From: Botryllus schlosseri
Lineage: Eukaryota
Assembly (NCBI GenBank): GCA_051294905.1
Contig: CM119372.1
Location: forward strand, 9,550,001-9,614,000
DNA: 64,000 bases
Direction: 5' to 3'
Below the pieces are notes generated by a model. The model ran no database searches, was not told the DNA's origin, and was given only the letters and a program-made list of their open reading frames with translations. Shown here in pieces: positions 39,539 to 51,887 of this stretch; within the stretch, counting starts at the first letter, position 1, and every line of letters starts with the position of its first letter. The position numbers were made by a program, and so were the translations under genes.

Positions 39539-41521
39539 CAAAGTTCATAGTCAACGTCAGAATTATAAAAAAGTTTGCAGTATGTATAGGGATTGGTTGC
39601 CTGATGTCAGCAGTGGCATAAGGGTAGCATTCTGTTGTCGGGTATCCTGCAATGTATCTAATTCTGGCATTATGAAGCAGTGAACTAATGTAGCAATAAA
39701 TAGCAACGAAATGATATTGCACTGCACATGCTGCTACACCTTGCATGAATGCAATTACATACTGGGCCTTGAGGCCTCGACTTATTCGAGATGTCTAATA
39801 GTGTTACAGGCACGAGCACTTTCAGCAAAACAGATATGTCTTAATAGTTGAACTTGGCAAATTGAGGTCGGCACTTTGAACTACGATAACTTAAGATGCA
39901 GCTTATACTCCAAGCTTCACATATTTCAACGTATGACAATTTCTGCAATTTAAATATCCGTGGTATCTTTAAAATAACCTTAAAAGAAACACTTGAATGG
40001 AGCACTTCACTCTGTCAATATACCAAGGCTGCAATCAAATCACCAGTCAATACATTTTCTCCATTTGAAACGAGTGAACTATAGGCTAGGCTTACAGTCG
40101 GTATCGGTAGTCAGGCATATACATTTTCGGTACAAAGGTCGAGTTCCGGACACCGGCATCACAGCTCTACTGTGAGTTTAGAAAAAGCCTGCGAGGGAAC
40201 AGTGTTTTATGTTCCATATATATCAGCATCATAACCATGTCTCGTCGATGGAAACATAGACATGCTTATCCATTGTTCGAAATATTACCCACCCAGGAAA
40301 CAATGGTGTCCTTAGAACACTATGCTGAAACTGCCGAATGTTGACTTCAGATATGAACCGGATATTGGGTACAACCACTGAGCTACAAACCATTGGGCAA
40401 GAAACTTTGAAACCACTTATCAATGGACAGATTCTATTTTCATCTGCCCAATTCACCCACGTAATGAACAATGCGATATACAAGACACACAATGCGATGT
40501 AATGAACAGAAAGGGGGATGCTGAACGACCAACCAGTTGGGGTCTCGTGAACTGGTATCTACTTCGACCTAGTGCCCGATGTCACAGTCTTCTTCAATGT
40601 TTTATTCTTTTATCGTCGGTCCTTTTTTAGAAGCTATGCTATGCTTTTTCTTTCTTTGTCGCGTCTTTTTATCTCGGCATTTTCATCATCGTAAGAACGA
40701 CACGGGGGCCACAACGACAAAGGTACTTCTACCACAGCCGCTGTAAAGGCTATGTTTCTACATTATATATATTTATGTAATATGCATATAAAGCCGATAA
40801 ATACCTTCTATTTCCGAGCATTTTGGTATGAAATCAACTAAATATCTACTCCATGCTAGTTTACTCTGAGCAGGGGCACTGCACTGGGGCTATTCGCTCT
40901 AAATATAATGTGATCTATAACGTTAAACGCGTGAAAAACGTTTTGGCAGCAGTCTGTTCCTGTGAATACCACCGTATACGAACTGCAGCCAAGAGATTTT
41001 CGTGAATGTACATTCCAATGTAGCTATCCTGTTATATCGCGGTCACGCGTTGTCGCCTAACCTTTAGGGAAATTTCCCGTCTCCTCTGTTGCGCTTTCTT
41101 GACGCAATCAGGACGAGGAATTTTTGGTAGTTGCCAGTGGATATTGTGAAGGAACTACGTCTTGGGAACACGGTGGAGACATAAGTTACAAATATACCTG
41201 ACTTTACATTGCCACCAAACTCAAACCTCCTGAAGGAACCCACAAGAAACACTGCCTGTGCAGATCCCACTCCACAGCATATACATTATACACTCAAACC
41301 AGCAATTTCATGTAGTAGCGCTTCAAAATATTAAAACGAAATTTATTGAAAATAGTTTCTTAAAAGACGCAGGGTACATTATCTCAACTTCGATAATAAT
41401 TAATAATAGAAATATCATTTAAATACCGGTATGACAACGAATTTCGAAAATAGAATCCATCGCCTAGCCAGACCATCAGTTGGTTCCCGAACCTTTACAC
41501 AATGCTCCCTGCACCGAACCC

Positions 41522-41737
41522 GGTCAATACCGAGAAAACCGTTACTGATAATACCATTACCGAGAATGGGCATTCTCATGTTATGCATATGTGCAGGTCG
41601 TGTGTATGTTCATCACGGCGTTGCCAATTCGGTGTCAATTCTCAGATATAAATAACTCGACAACGTCCGTCTCCGTAAGTTAGATTCTCGGCATTGGCCA
41701 TTCTCTGTAATGGTTTTCTCGGTATTAGTATAGAACC
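41522..41737. mobile_element. Small MULE-like MITE nested in a degenerate hAT MITE (~41477-41786)
   Basis: Inverted ends AATACCGAGAAAACC / GGTTTTCTCGGTATT; 9-bp flanking repeat ACCGAACCC. Confidence 0.55.
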
Positions 41738-41940
41738 ACCGAACCCGGTACCAGGGGGTCGCCGTCACCCACTCCGGGAACCACTGGCCTCAAGTGGAAG
41801 CCTGGCAATTTTAGAGCAGCGCATGTGCAAATACTTCTGGCAGGTTGAGTATAATAGTGAAGGAAAGACAACCGATTATAACGATTCAATATATCTGCCC
41901 ACTGCCCAATTGATACCTGTCGGTTTCAATAGGCTTCCAA

Positions 41941-44900
41941 TCATTGGCCTCTCTCCACCAAATTCTCGAAAAGGTTAACATCGCCGTCCGGATCAACTGT
42001 GAAATGATGTATACGTTGCAGGGTTGCAAGTTAACTCGATCAAGCGTTTGCGAGCTGCATGTCAATTTTACTTATGCAGTTTTGACTCCAGTCGAGTCAT
42101 TTTCAATTCACCATCGAGTCAAGTTCGAGTCATAGTGTTAAGACCCGAGTCCAAGTCTAGAGTCCTACGGAATAACTCAAGTGCAAGTCGAGTTAATGGT
42201 CATTTTCCATTCTTAAGAAAATTACTCGGGTCTAGTCGAGTCCACGAAAAATTGCAACACAAATCTGGCTCGGGTCATTACAGCCCTCCCTGATATGTTG
42301 AGTTGACGCTATGTTCAGAAGTGGATCTGTCGGCTCGAAACAGAATGGGGATGGTCTACTCATCCACTCTGATATCTGAATAACAACATGAAAATATTTC
42401 TATGAAGCGTGCAACTGGCAATATACAACTTGAGGTCGGATGAAAGGTAAATATTTCTCTTAAGCAGTAAAAATCTACAAGGTATAATTTGCTCAAGCGG
42501 GTTCACGCCAAACTTCCCCCCGAGATGTGAAATAGAGAAAAAAACGTTCTCGGCTCGATTAAAGAAAACCACATACCTTCATCGATCTCAATGTTCTCAC
42601 AGTACAATCTCAAGGGCGATTCGCTTTTCTCTTTCTGCATGTGATTCTCGTCGACTGTGTGTACAGTCGTCGCGTCGGCATTCAGTTCGATGCAGTTTTC
42701 CTTGTCCGAGAAATCTCGCCATTCGAAATAAGCTGCAAAGAAAGACGATAATTCAGCCCCGACTAGTCACGCCGTCAGAAAGCCAATGTCATTACCACGT
42801 GGCACAAACCCCCCATCGTCCATATCGAGGTCGAGGCTCTTCCTAAGATGCTGCAAGGACCATCTGCGTTTGCACAGTGACTTCGAGAAAGCCGGCATTT
42901 CGCGTACATTTCTCACGGCGAAAATATGACAGCACGGCAGCCCCATCACGGTGAACACCATGCAGGGACAAGACGTGGGGGTGCAGTGGATCTCCCCGTA
43001 TTTCGGGCTGATAACAGTGCACTGTTCCTGTTCGTCATTGTCCAAAATTTTTACCGTGACCGAAGATCGGATTTGCTCTTTCACAAGCGAGTACGCGTAG
43101 GGGGTCAAAAAATTCCGATACCGAATCTCGGCCAACCGGAGGAGTGATGTAAAAATGGGTCCTTTCGTTTGGATGTTCAACGCTTTTCGCTTTCTCTCGA
43201 GCTGCATCGAAGACACAGCGGACAGCAACAGGCTGAAGAAACTCGGCGTCGACCCATGCGCTTTACACACGAGGGTCAGGTTTCGTTCGATCTGTACCAT
43301 CCCGCTGTTCCTCTGGTCCAGAAACGACGAATTGGGATCCTTGAGAAAATCCACCCATTGACTTTTTTTCCTGTGCCAGTTCAAGAGAAAGTAGTTGTAA
43401 AGAGCGGGCGGCGCGTACAGCTTAAAACGCTGAAAACTCTCGCGGTAGGATTTTTCGTTTTTCGCGAGCGCCATATTACGGAATAGTTCAGCGCACGTCT
43501 CTTTTTCTTGCGTGTTCTGAAACGTGACACCCTCTCCAGACGAAACCTTCGTTTCATAAGCTTGCAAGGCGTAATGATAGCATATGAACGAGGTCGCGCT
43601 CGGGAAATGAGGAAGAATAATTTTCAAGTAATCTAAACAGAAAGCATAATCGACCATGATCGACTTGGTCCGACAGCTTTCCGGATTAAACTTGAGAAAT
43701 GTCTTTATAAGAAACGATATAATATCGCCTCTTTCTTCCATCGCAAAGCAGAAACCGACGACCGCGCATTGCCCGTTTCCGTCCACATTCATCAACACAT
43801 ACAGATTAATTCTTAGAGCGGAAATTTCGTAGTTCGAGTCGATGATCAGCACTTCCGGATACGCTTCGAAGTTCTTTTTCATTTCGTCCGTTTGGAAAAA
43901 ACAGGCAAACGGCTTCATGCCGTTTTCGTATATCTCAAAGATTGCGCCTAAAATTAAGAGATCGAATAAATTCAGCAAGACATGGACTCTTAACTTTTCT
44001 AAACAAAACTGCCCATCAATTAAATCCAGCACGATTACACAAAAATGACATTGATTGTGTCATATGAGTCAAATTGTGTCTTCGAAACAACTTCACAACA
44101 GAAACGAGTAGTCTACTTCAGGCACTTCAAAAATCGGGCTGCATCGATGTCGCAGAGCCGTCAAATACAATAGAATACACATCCAACTAGTATCCATATC
44201 TCAGCTCATTGGCTTGTCAAATCAAATTGTAAATTCTGGTTGCATATCGGATTAGTGACCTATTGACCAAGTGTCAGCTCACTTGAGTGACATAAATACG
44301 GTTCATTTGAGATTTGAGGGACGCTTGGAAAGTGGCGTTCTATTCATATTAGCCTTAATCATTTGAGTGAGAGAATGTTGTTTTTTTGACATCAGTTCAC
44401 ACACAACACAAGATTGTAATATGATAAAAAGATAGGATGGTGTCGAAACGACTTGGAGCTGTCTTTGAAATCAGACAGCCACCTGGGCCTAGGCGATGTA
44501 AAAAGTAGGCATGGGTGTGGAATGAAAAGAATTAGAAGATAATATAAAAGCACGAGCGACAACACAGATTGAATAGTGCCGGTGTCTATGTTTGAGTGAC
44601 GGAAATTAATTTTTCGAGTGACATATCATATTAATTATCAAGTCTACACCCATAACCCTAACCCAGTGGTTCCCAACCTTTTTGACCTCGCGGCACACTT
44701 TGAAAATGAAAAAGAGTTCGCGGCACACTAGCACAGTGGTTCTGAACCCTTTTGGCTTACGGCAAAAGCAAACTACCAGAATGCGTATAACAGCAACCAC
44801 AATCTTATATAGGTGGTCACTGGTCACTGCCGAAGTACTTGTGCCTTTTCGGTGTACTCAAGTAGGCTTTTCGCTGCTTCAAAGAAGAAATTAAGTTTTC

Positions 44901-47900
44901 TTTTATCTCTGCGGACATTTCACAAATACGTCTACGAATGGTATAATTTGACAAGGGGATCGTTTTCAATTCTTCTTTTTTACAATTTTTTTGCAGGCAG
45001 GAATAAGGACTTTCTCTCAATCCGTGTGAGGTTTTGAATTATCAACCATTACCTCTGTTGCCACATAACTTGCCTGCTGAAATCTCCTTAAAACTTCAGG
45101 TGTCTATACTTGGAAGCCACACGCGTTTCCATGCAGATCGTGTAATAGCTTCTGTGAGGATAGCAATACCTCAGTCAAGAGTCTTACTGGCAGCCAGCTG
45201 CTGTTCAATTGCAGTTCCAACAAACCGGGATGATAAACCTCAGGACCGGTGAAATTTGTTAACTGATATCATTTGATCAACATTACTTCTCAATTCTCAA
45301 ATTTGTCGCCTGCAACATTACGTTGCGACGTGAGCCTACTTTTACCTGCAATGCTGGCACGCTAGGCCTACCTAACAATCGCAATGTGAATGGCTATGTC
45401 GGCAATTCTAATTTGTAAACGTGAACCTCACTTCCAAATGAGTACACATTTCTCCATGGTGGAAATGCCTTCCTAGGTGTTGGAGGTTTATATTGGCTCC
45501 TACTCGTCCTCGGATCTGCAAAAGCAGTGTCTTACAAAAAGTGGACCGTGCTATAAGTTGGCATCTCAGTAATCAAAATATGTTGTATCGGCATGGTATA
45601 AAATTATCATCGATAACGAAGACATGGCAAGAATACGACTACAAATAGAAACAGAAAAAGGTCATCACCTACGTCACGTCCCTGTTCTGCCTCCGGTTCT
45701 GATGGGGTGACAAGTAAAAGGTCACCTTCGGCCACACCTCAACATCACGGTCCAATAGCCCGAGTCTAGTTATCTATCTATCACCGTCCTAAATGCTACT
45801 ATATGTGGGCAAACTAGCGCATCACACCCATTGACGGTGGTGGCCCCAGTTTCATTCATGGCAGTGCAGTAGCAAGTTACGAAGCGTCGCAGATTTATGA
45901 GATTCTCCGACCATATACGTTCAGTGCTCAGAGCGTCTTTACAATAAAAAGCCAGAAAAAGACCAAATCCATGACCTGATAGGGATGCCGAATATTGAGA
46001 TAACGTTACTATGGCCGTCGCGACATCCTTGTATCTGTTCACTGCATCGGATTGTACATCGCGTGTCTTGATATAGTAAATTCAATAGAAACTCCAACAA
46101 TGACACACTCAAAATTTAGATTTTTGTTATACTTCGACCCAGTTTAGCGCATTTGCTCGCGGCACACCTGAGCAGTCCAATTGGCATACTAGTGTGCCGC
46201 GGCACACCGGTTGGGAACCACTGCCCTAACCTTACTTGGAATTATTTGGCACTCAAACGGCCATCACTGGCATCGTCACTCTTGAAATAACCTGAACTTG
46301 TAGTACCGGTACCGGTACTTTCAATAATGTAAAAAATGACATGCTCCTTCGCTCACCTGCAACGGAATACATCTGTTCTGTGAGATGCCGGAAAGCAATG
46401 CGTCTGCCTCGGATTCTCTTTTCTTTCGGAATAACCTCCGATTCCAGCTCCGGTGATGCCGAAGAAGGGGCAATCTTACCGACGTGAAATTCGTACAATT
46501 TCTGTCAAAAGCAACCGTCGATTAATGCACCCGCGTATATTACGCATTATCTCGCTACTCTAATTACCTCGGATATTTTATGATTGTGACAGTCAACAAT
46601 TCTTTTCACTTCAAGCTGCTGGTAGTCACTCGACAATCCAAATTTGATCTCTGCATTGCATTTTATATGTTCCGGACTCAGGTATTCTGGAGAAATTCCT
46701 AAACTGAAACAGGACTCGTCGTATTATTACGTAAAATTCATGCCACTGCTTCTGTAGAATTTTACGTCATCTGTCCAAGTCAAGAATCGGTAGTCAGTAC
46801 ACACAATCGTCGATGGACTTTAATCCAGGTAAGGGTAATGAATATGGGTTCACTGAATAATGCCAGTATACGGACAAAAAGGGGCAACTTCTATAATTCA
46901 CTGTGTCATAATCGATTTTCATTCAATTTTTTAGTGTAACAGAACTGATATCACCTCATTTTCTCAGCAATCTTGAAAAATTCCATAGTTCAGTGGTCAT
47001 CACACAGAAGCAATAATGCTCTATCAGTTAGGAGAATATGAGAGTCGATCAAGAGTGGGAGAAATTATTTATTCTATACCACAACAGAATAAATAAATAC
47101 AAAAAGAGCGAAGTGTATACGAATGTATAGGCTACGAATGTAGCTGCGACAGCTAAGAGATTAGGTAATCATCAAGTCAGCTACAGGTTGGATAAAGAAT
47201 TGTTAGATCATAGAAAGCAGCACCGCTACTCGGCCTAAAATAATAACACTTTACAGGAACTAGGAACTAAACAACACCACTCATCACAAAACATGATAAA
47301 AACAAAATATTTATGAAACAGGAAGCCTCACGGCACAGTTAACTGTAAAAAATCGGTCAAAGAGAACAGGGTCACGCAATAATTACAGGCAACAGTACGT
47401 ACTACGAATATAACCGAACAAATAAACTAAAAAAAAACTGGTAGGAAGAAAACAACGACCTCCGCAGAGCATTAATAATGACTGGAATTGGGGACTTTTT
47501 GTCTAAATAAATTGATATTTGTAAACCAATAACATACTTTCAATAAGTTTACGGATATTTGATTATATTGCATGTGACAATGAATGATATGATTTTCAAG
47601 ATTAAAGATGATTGGGATATTGGGTTGATAAATTTACATTAGACTCTTAGCTGAAAGAACTCGCTTCCCTGTTGTCAGGCGGAAATTGCTTACGGATGGC
47701 CAAAACATATCGTTCCAGCCCTCACCAACGGTCACGACGGCGGTTACGGCCGAAGTAAAACCAAATTTAAATTGCGACATGATATCAGTCGGCTTTCAAG
47801 CATTTCTCAGTCTGCAACCATGTAATGACGGCGTGTGATCTTCATCAATAATTATACAAGGTAAAATAATCATAAATGTGTGAACTGGTCTAGTCACTAC

Positions 47901-48208
47901 AAAATACACAGATAGTGACGAAAGGTATTCTTATTTTCTCACCTTATATATCTCTGATACCGCTTTACATCGCCCCTTCCAAAAACACATATGAAATGTA
48001 GACTGTGATATTTAAGAGCTGGATTAGCAAGCTTGGCTATGTGTGGACGTCTTCGAACAGCTCCACGCAGGGTGACACAGTCCCGCAATAGCAACACAAC
48101 TCGCGTCTGTTCTTGGACAGACGCTATCTTCTCTTTCACTTCATCGTAACACGAGAATTTATCCCCTTCTTCGATATTGATGAACTTTTTGCAGTATCCA
48201 GAGGCCAT
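41941..48208 (-). CDS. MULE-transposase-derived SWIM zinc-finger protein (ZSWIM3-like), paralog 1, multi-exon
   Basis: Approximate exons 48208-47943, 46702-46569, 46501-46357, 43947-42798, 42733-42577, 41996-41941. N-terminal zinc-ribbon-like C..HNH (KCNAEIKF..DCHNH), MULE domain (YPEVLIIDSNY..DGNGQ) and SWIM (CPCMVFTVMGLPCCHIFA). PolyA signal on the minus strand at about 41342. Start codon uncertain. Confidence 0.82.
44664..46223. mobile_element. hAT (Buster/Charlie) deletion derivative in an intron of paralog 1
   Basis: TIRs CAGTGGTTCCCAACC / GGTTGGGAACCACTG; TSD CCCTAACC; transposase remnant IPLSNYTIRRRICEMSAEIKENL (44817-45020, minus strand). Confidence 0.88.
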
Positions 48209-48715
48209 ATGGTGACTCTGAAAGATGCGACTTGTATTAGATTTGACCAACGGTACTCAAAGTGGGCACCAGAACACCCTAGAAGCGTTTGCAACCTCGG
48301 AGGGGTCTAGATACAAATTGGGCGATTAGGTCGCAGTAGAAGAAGCAGGTGCTGAGAGTAAACATCCGCACTATGGACTATGGAGAACTGTTTTGAAAAA
48401 TCCGTAAACTTATAGCGCCCTGTTCACCAAAATCAGATTTATGAATATGTGGTCACGTCATTCGTGTTTGTATAAGATGCATTCAATCGAACAAATGTCG
48501 CAGATTTCCTAACTAACCAGCAAATCAATCAAACAACGAATATATTTATTCAGCGACACTTATCGCGCGCAAGCTATGAGCACACATTCAACGCATGCAC
48601 AACAATGACGATGAGGTTCACGTCACATTCAACGCATGCACGGGCAACAATGACTTAAAAGAGAAATTGCCTTGTCTGACTGTTTTCACTGTATTCGTCC
48701 TAGTATTCTTACAAA

Positions 48716-49723
48716 GGTTGCCGGAGAACCCGGCACTTGGAGAACCCGTCCCTACCAACTCGGCCCTCGGAGAACCCGGCCCTCGGTGAATTCCTCGGGA
48801 AATTTTGAAATTAAGTGTATTCACAAGTATTAATATGAATTAATAAAGTAATAATGTTATTATCAACTGATTTGTCGGTCTTGTAAGGAGGTCAGGGCAT
48901 GCGTAGGTCACGCAGTCACGGCGTGATCAGATCACGTGATCACGGATTGCGCAAGCGCCAAGCGCGGGAAAGAACGCGACTTTCACATATCGACCACGCG
49001 TGATTTTGTCGTTTTTATTTATATTAGATGTGATTTTGTCGTTTTTATTCCATTATATTAGATGTGACATTTACCTGATTCAATTGATTGTGTGAAGTTG
49101 GTCAGAGCAGGCTGTTAAGGGCAATGCAACTGTAGGGTTAGGTGGGGTAGGGAGACATTAGGGTTCGGGGAGTGGAATATTGGGTTCAGGTAGGATACTA
49201 GGGTTGGGGGAGGGGGGATATTAGGGTTAGGATATTAGGGTTGCCGGGGGTGGGATATTAGGGTTAGGGTTAGGGTTGCCGGAGGTGGGATATTAGGGGT
49301 AGGGTTAGGATATTAGGGTTGCCGGAGGTGGGATATTAGGGTTAGGGTTAGGGTTGCCGGAGGTGGGATATTAGGGTTAGGGTTAGGGTTGCCGGAGGTG
49401 GGATATTAGGGTTGCCGGAGGTTGGATATTAGGGGTAGGGTTAGGATATTAGGGTTGCCGGAGGTGGGATATTAGGATTGCCGGTGAATACAAAATTTCC
49501 CGAGGGCCGGGTACACATTTAATGCATTTTTAATTCAAAATTGTTCGAGGGCCGCATTCACCGAGGTCCAGAGTAGTCGAAAAACACCGTGAATACCACA
49601 ACAAGTAGACCACGCGTGCTTGATATACAAAATTTCCCGAGGGCCGGGTTCTCCAAGGGCCGGGTTCTCCGAGGGCCGAGTTGGTAGGGACGGGTTCTCC
49701 AAGTGCCGGGTTCTCTGGTAATC
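48716..49723. mobile_element. TIR element (8-bp TSD) carrying an internal telomere-like minisatellite
   Basis: TIRs GGTTGCCGGAGAACCCGGCACTTGGAGAACCCGTCCCTACCAACTCGGCCCTCGG mirrored at about 49640-49723; TSD CTTACAAA (48708-48715, 49724-49731); (GGATATTAGGGTTAGGGTTAGGGTTGCCGGAGGTG)n at about 49135-49485. Confidence 0.88.
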
Positions 49724-49986
49724 CTTACAAAAACTGGCTCATTCGACCACAAGGAATGTAATTGTTTTAATGTGCCGCAGTGGGAAACGGAAATTTCTCC
49801 GGCATCTTGTTGATAAAAATGTTGGAATTTTAGAACTTGGTAGAGGTAAATGCACTTCTTAACCTGGTTCAATCAAGCAAATTTCGTGTAGGACGTAATT
49901 ACAGCCAGAGTTGCTCCGCAGCATTTCGAATTTTATGGAGTACCGGTATCAAATTAGGTGTTGTCTACTCGCCTCGCACTACTTAC

Positions 49987-50445
49987 CCTGGAATAATTTT
50001 CAGTTAATCGTCTTTTTCTTGAAGTTTTCGATGTATGAAACTTCAATGGTAAATCTACAGTCGGAAGGGATCCAAATTTAAGACAGCTTTGACAACTAGT
50101 TTTTTGAATATCAGAATCCTTGAAATGTTTGGAGCAAATATAAGCCAGTCCGTTTAGCGCTCTGATTTTGAACCTCGCGTCGTGTCGAAACTGAAATATT
50201 ATCTGTAAATGAAATACAACAAACTTGATTTTCCGTAGTAGTATAACAATTGATCCTAGCAAAGTTCAGCACGTCACAATACGTGCCTGGTGAAACTTTT
50301 CAGCCCAATCTTTAGTCGGTAATCCCAACCTCCTTCCTGTTACGCTTGGAATCTTGTACAGCCGGTCATTGGCTGTACTAGAGCTGGTGCAATGTGGAAG
50401 GCAGCAGTATCTTCCACCTCTGTTTTTATAATGAGCTGGAGCCAT
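49987..50445 (-). CDS. THAP zinc-finger domain exons (5' part of a gene; 3' end unresolved)
   Basis: MAPAHYKNRGGRYCCLPHC..KIP..W..|..YICSKHF..LKFGSLPTV matches the THAP C2CH signature with an AVPT-like box. 84-bp GC-AG intron 50203-50286; GTAAGT donor after 49987. Confidence 0.75.
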
Positions 50446-50619
50446 GGAATTCGCATCTGCACACCGGACAACTGCACATTGCACACTCTGAAGTCTGAAC
50501 AGCTATCAGTCTATCGCTCCTGGTATGTTTACCTCACCACTAGTAGTGCTACCATTTTTGCTCATCCTGCCATAGCTATGATCCTACGACGATCTGTATT
50601 CTGTACCGAGCTAGTGTTT

Positions 50620-50830
50620 TGATTGGTAAGTCGAGGGTTCGATCCCCGGCCGGGTCAGACCAAAGTCTCGAAAACTGGTATCCGCGGCTATCCTGCTAGG
50701 CGCTCAGCAATAACGGACGGATAGCATGGAGGAGAAAAATCGGAGGTTCAGACTAGGTGACCTTACGGTCCTATCGCATCTCGATGGTGCAGGCGAAAAA
50801 GAATATCATACCTCTCTCTCTCTCTCTATC
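50620..50830 (+). mobile_element. 5'-truncated tRNA-derived SINE
   Basis: B box GGTTCGATCCC, central block GGGTCAGACCAAAG..TGGTA..CCTGCTAGGCGCTCAGCA and a (CT)n tail. Confidence 0.65.
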
Positions 50831-51887
50831 TACTCTAGACCCAATAAAAGTGACGAAATTTTACCATTACAACATTCTGTGATAACTGATGAGCTTATAG
50901 CGATCTGACTCATGTTGGACGGGCAACAAGGGCATTTCGATTATCGATTCCCACTGAGAAATATCCTATTATGCAGCATGTGTGTGGAAAGGAAGACAAG
51001 AGGCGTGTTCGGACACTCCCAGATCCTTTCGAAAAAGACGAATAAAATGGTGGAATTTAGAAAATATCAATTTCGACGAACAGCCTTCCAGCCAGCACGT
51101 CCACTTCAACTCTACAGAGCCATGCATGTTACTGAGTCGAGACAGCGGCGAGGGTTTACACCAAAATGCCCAAACCTGGCAGGTCGCCACCAAACTCATC
51201 GAGAGATATATCCGGTTTCGGGACCCTCGATGATGGAACTATAGAATGTAAACATTTTTTTACATTCTATAATGGAACTCAAGAAACACTGGCTGCGCGG
51301 ACCAGCATATACGATCAAGTGAACAATTCCAAATAGCACTGCTTCAAAATACTTAACGAAATTTATTGAAAATATGTTTCTTTAAATAAATAACGTTCAA
51401 CTGTAACAACAACAAAAACGAAATTAACAAGACCAGCCCAGGGGCAGAAAAGACATACGGTACATTATCTCCGAGTTGATAAAAAAATAGAATCATCATA
51501 CATTAGTCTAATACGTACATCACATTAATCCAGTTGCCTATACGTACTCATTGGTGACTAGTAAACATCGTAAAAATTGTACGCGCTTTGAACGAACATA
51601 ATTACAGCAGACGAATTAAACTATGCAGTGGATGGTCCATGGTTGTATAGTACGACACTGAATAGGCTACGGTGTGTTACACATGTGATAAAAATGTTCA
51701 TTCAGCAATGGTCAATTTCCATTTTCCTCCGACGTACTCCAAACACGTTTTGAAATCCAAGTTCCATTAGACAAATTTCAGAAATCGCATACATCACTCT
51801 AACTCGTAATTCAAAGCCTAGCAATTATAGAGTTGAGCAGTTGCAATTATCGGGACGATGTTTAGTAGAGCAGAGGAAGAACTACTG

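Noticed and set aside
50912..51244. Overlapping 76-110 aa ORFs
   Set aside because: No recognisable domain or supporting splice structure.
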